Positions 61,585 to 64,000 of a stretch of DNA of 64,000 bases are shown one piece after another; positions within the stretch are counted from its first letter, which is position 1, and the number at the start of each line of letters is the position of its first letter. A model generated the notes under the pieces. That model was not told the DNA's origin. It was given only the letters and a program-made list of their open reading frames with translations, and made no database searches. The translations under genes were made by a program, and so were the position numbers. This DNA is from Dicyema japonicum (lineage: Eukaryota > Animalia > Dicyemida): the NCBI GenBank assembly GCA_011109175.1, contig RDEW01000008.1:470369-534368 (forward strand), in the 5' to 3' direction.

Positions 61585-61909
61585 ACTAAATAATTAACAG
61601 CGCATAAATATTTCCGTCTATTTAAAAATATTTTTTTTAATTAATTTTTCGTGCGATTGTTAAATATAATTTTTTGGTTCGTATTTCTTTTCTGCGTTTA
61701 TTTTGATAATTTTAATAGAAATTGATTAAATCTCAAACATGAGTTTATTTAATAAACAAAACTAAATAAATCAATTTTAATCTTATTTTCCAGGTATTAT
61801 TTTCAGTACTCTCGACGTTCAAAGAACTAATTAACAAATGCTATATAAATCATTCTTGTCTATTTTCTTTGACTATTTCAATCCAAGCATTTTCATAGAT
61901 TGTATTCGA

Positions 61910-62200
61910 TGAAACGGGTCTATCCTGAATTCTTCAGCCTGGGCATCACCCACGTTGACGAATTGTACTAGGACTAGTTTAACAATTGTGTTATATAGCC
62001 TTAGACAGATGATATACTTTATCGTCAAATCACTTCTTTTTAACTTCGTTTACGCAGCTGTATTATTCGAACGAGGTCCTTACTGTTTCCAAAAAATCGT
62101 TGGGTACAATTTCTAACTTCATTAGAACAACTTCCAATAGACTAAGCAGAGCTGATCTATCCCTTGATATAAGTCGACGATGTCAGCATAAATGGATTCA
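61910..62200 (-). mobile_element. RTE-like LINE remnant
   Basis: Aligns with 42590-42760. Confidence 0.6.
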
Positions 62201-62269
62201 GCTATCTCATCTAAATAAAACTTTCACGTAGCGCCATCTCCGAATATATTACCAAACAAGGAGAGATTG

Positions 62270-62440
62270 AGTTCCCTTGGTAGGTAGTCACATTATTGCT
62301 CTGCCAAATCGAACTCTTAGATGTGTGCTGGATAAAATAACTCTAATCATTCTCATTGAATCAGAATCCAGAAATTCCTTTACTGAGTAACTCTCGATGG
62401 ATTATATCGAAAACCTTCAAGAGGTCTTATGCCAAGGATG
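62270..62440 (-). mobile_element. Fragment of the 54314-56420 LINE family
   Basis: Aligns closely with 56010-56155 (ctgccaaatcgaactctta..cagaatccagaaattcctttactgagta). Confidence 0.75.
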
Positions 62441-62469
62441 AAAATATTTTTTAAGAAATAGAATTATAA

Positions 62470-63520
62470 ATCATATTTAAAACTGCCATCTATCCAAAGT
62501 GGACCCCGCCGACATTATCGACGTTGCGTTGCCTCTCACGATTGCAACAGAAATCAACTGGAGTAGCCACCGGGTCTCACGTGCGTCATGGCTTTTTAGT
62601 GTAGCTAAGCGTCCAAGTTTCTTTAGGAAGCGAAGCGATTTTCCACTTATTCCTCCAGTTGTCTCGACCACTATCGGATAAAACGCGAATCGGTCGCGTA
62701 GCGCTTCGTATTTCTTCTCCTTTGCCCTCATCGTTTTTCCGCGGAATACAGTGTGTCTACCGCGCTTCCGACAATGTTGGACGGGCAAAGCGTGTCGATC
62801 AAAGGTTTCCTCTTCGAATGGGAAAATTGTGATCCCGTCGGGACGTTTTCCGTCTCCTCTGTCCAGACCAACAGGTATAGTATGGCTGGGTATCCAGCAG
62901 ACTCCAGGGCTCGCTTGACAATTCCGTTGATCGCCTTGTGTCTTGGAAATCGTCCTGCACTTCTTCGACAAGAGAGGGCATGGAGTCCATAACATCGATG
63001 CGACATTTGTGGGTCCGGCAAATCTCCAGTCCAACTCTGGTGAGATGCCGATGCGGACAGTATCGTCGTCAACTGGGTCCGACACTGCCATTGAGAGTGC
63101 ATTGATCCATGTGCCACTCGATTCGCATCTTCCAGGACTAGACAAGCACGTCTGTGTTGGTTTGATTGGTTCAGAAGCCTCTCATATTTATCCTCGCAGA
63201 TGGTCCTGTAACGATCTTTCTGCTCAGGCATCATCCCCTTCAAATGCTCCATCTCTGTGATTTCAGATGATTCTGTTTGGAGTTGGAGAATTATCCTGAC
63301 CAGCAGTCGAATGAAGCCCAAAGAGGATAAATAAGCAGGGCAAGCCAGATCTTTCGTTGAAGGGATTCTCAGTCCGCCCAGGCTAACGGGTAGGGTCGCT
63401 TGGTCCCACCCTTGTTCGTCAAATTTCACATTTGTGATACGTTAAATAGTCTTCCGGAAGAGGGAATCGATAGCATCGAGCTGTTGCATTTTCAAGTAGC
63501 AAGCCATACTTTTATATAAT
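62470..63520 (-). mobile_element. CRE-clade retrotransposon 3' third
   Basis: GWDQATLPVSLGGL, HALSCRRSAGRFPRHKAIN, GLDRGDGKRPDGITIFPF, PIVVETTGG and AIVRGNATSIM. Confidence 0.9.
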
Positions 63521-64000
63521 TTGAGGCTCACAATATGAGACCTTATTCGATGATATATAGACACGTCTTAGGTTAGCAACAGGCTCTTTTTTAATTGCTG
63601 ATTGAGTTTTAAAATTATTATAATCGGAGTTAATAATGAAATTTGATGACGCATGCTAACGACGCACATATTTAAAAGAACGAAATAGAAAGCCCTACGT
63701 GTACATTTGCTAGGAATAGGTTTTATTGGCCTCTTGTTTTTAATCAGAGTTAAATTTCTTAAATAAAAAATAAATATAATTGCTAAAATTAATAATTAGA
63801 GAATCGTGATGAAACCAATCAATTAATGACTCAGGTGGACTTAAATGACCTTATAATAGTCGTTTTCGGAGCATCGGTTGCCCATTTTGTGACTCTTAGG
63901 GAGACTTGGCTGCGAAAAAAATATATCCCGCTATATGGTATAAAATTTTTGTGATTCCAAGGACTCTCTATAAAAAGTCACAGATTCCAAAAAATGTTAA

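Overview
This is AT-rich eukaryotic, most likely metazoan, genomic DNA using the standard code. Genes are compact, with GT-AG introns almost all 21-29 nt long. That architecture suggests a reduced parasite such as a myxozoan or dicyemid, but the taxon is an inference. Host genes I could splice by eye are the 3' end of a coiled-coil gene, PRPF40 (intact), an intronless apolipoprotein-L-like ORF, three tandem CPVL-type serine carboxypeptidases (all with indels), UNC-50 (in-frame TAA plus a GT-TG intron), an intronless core-2/I-branching GlcNAc transferase (1-nt frameshift), an Aurora kinase (intact) and a GALNT (two 1-nt frameshifts). Much of the rest is mobile DNA: many RTE-like LINEs, L2/Jockey-type LINEs, about 11 CRE-clade fragments, one R4/Dong-type element that I recall resembling microsporidian RTs, a Ginger2/Tdd-like DNA transposon with TIRs and a 5-bp TSD, and a tRNA-derived SINE family. 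Translation and splicing were done by hand. Family names come from motif recognition, not database searches. Boundaries of decayed elements are approximate to tens of bp.
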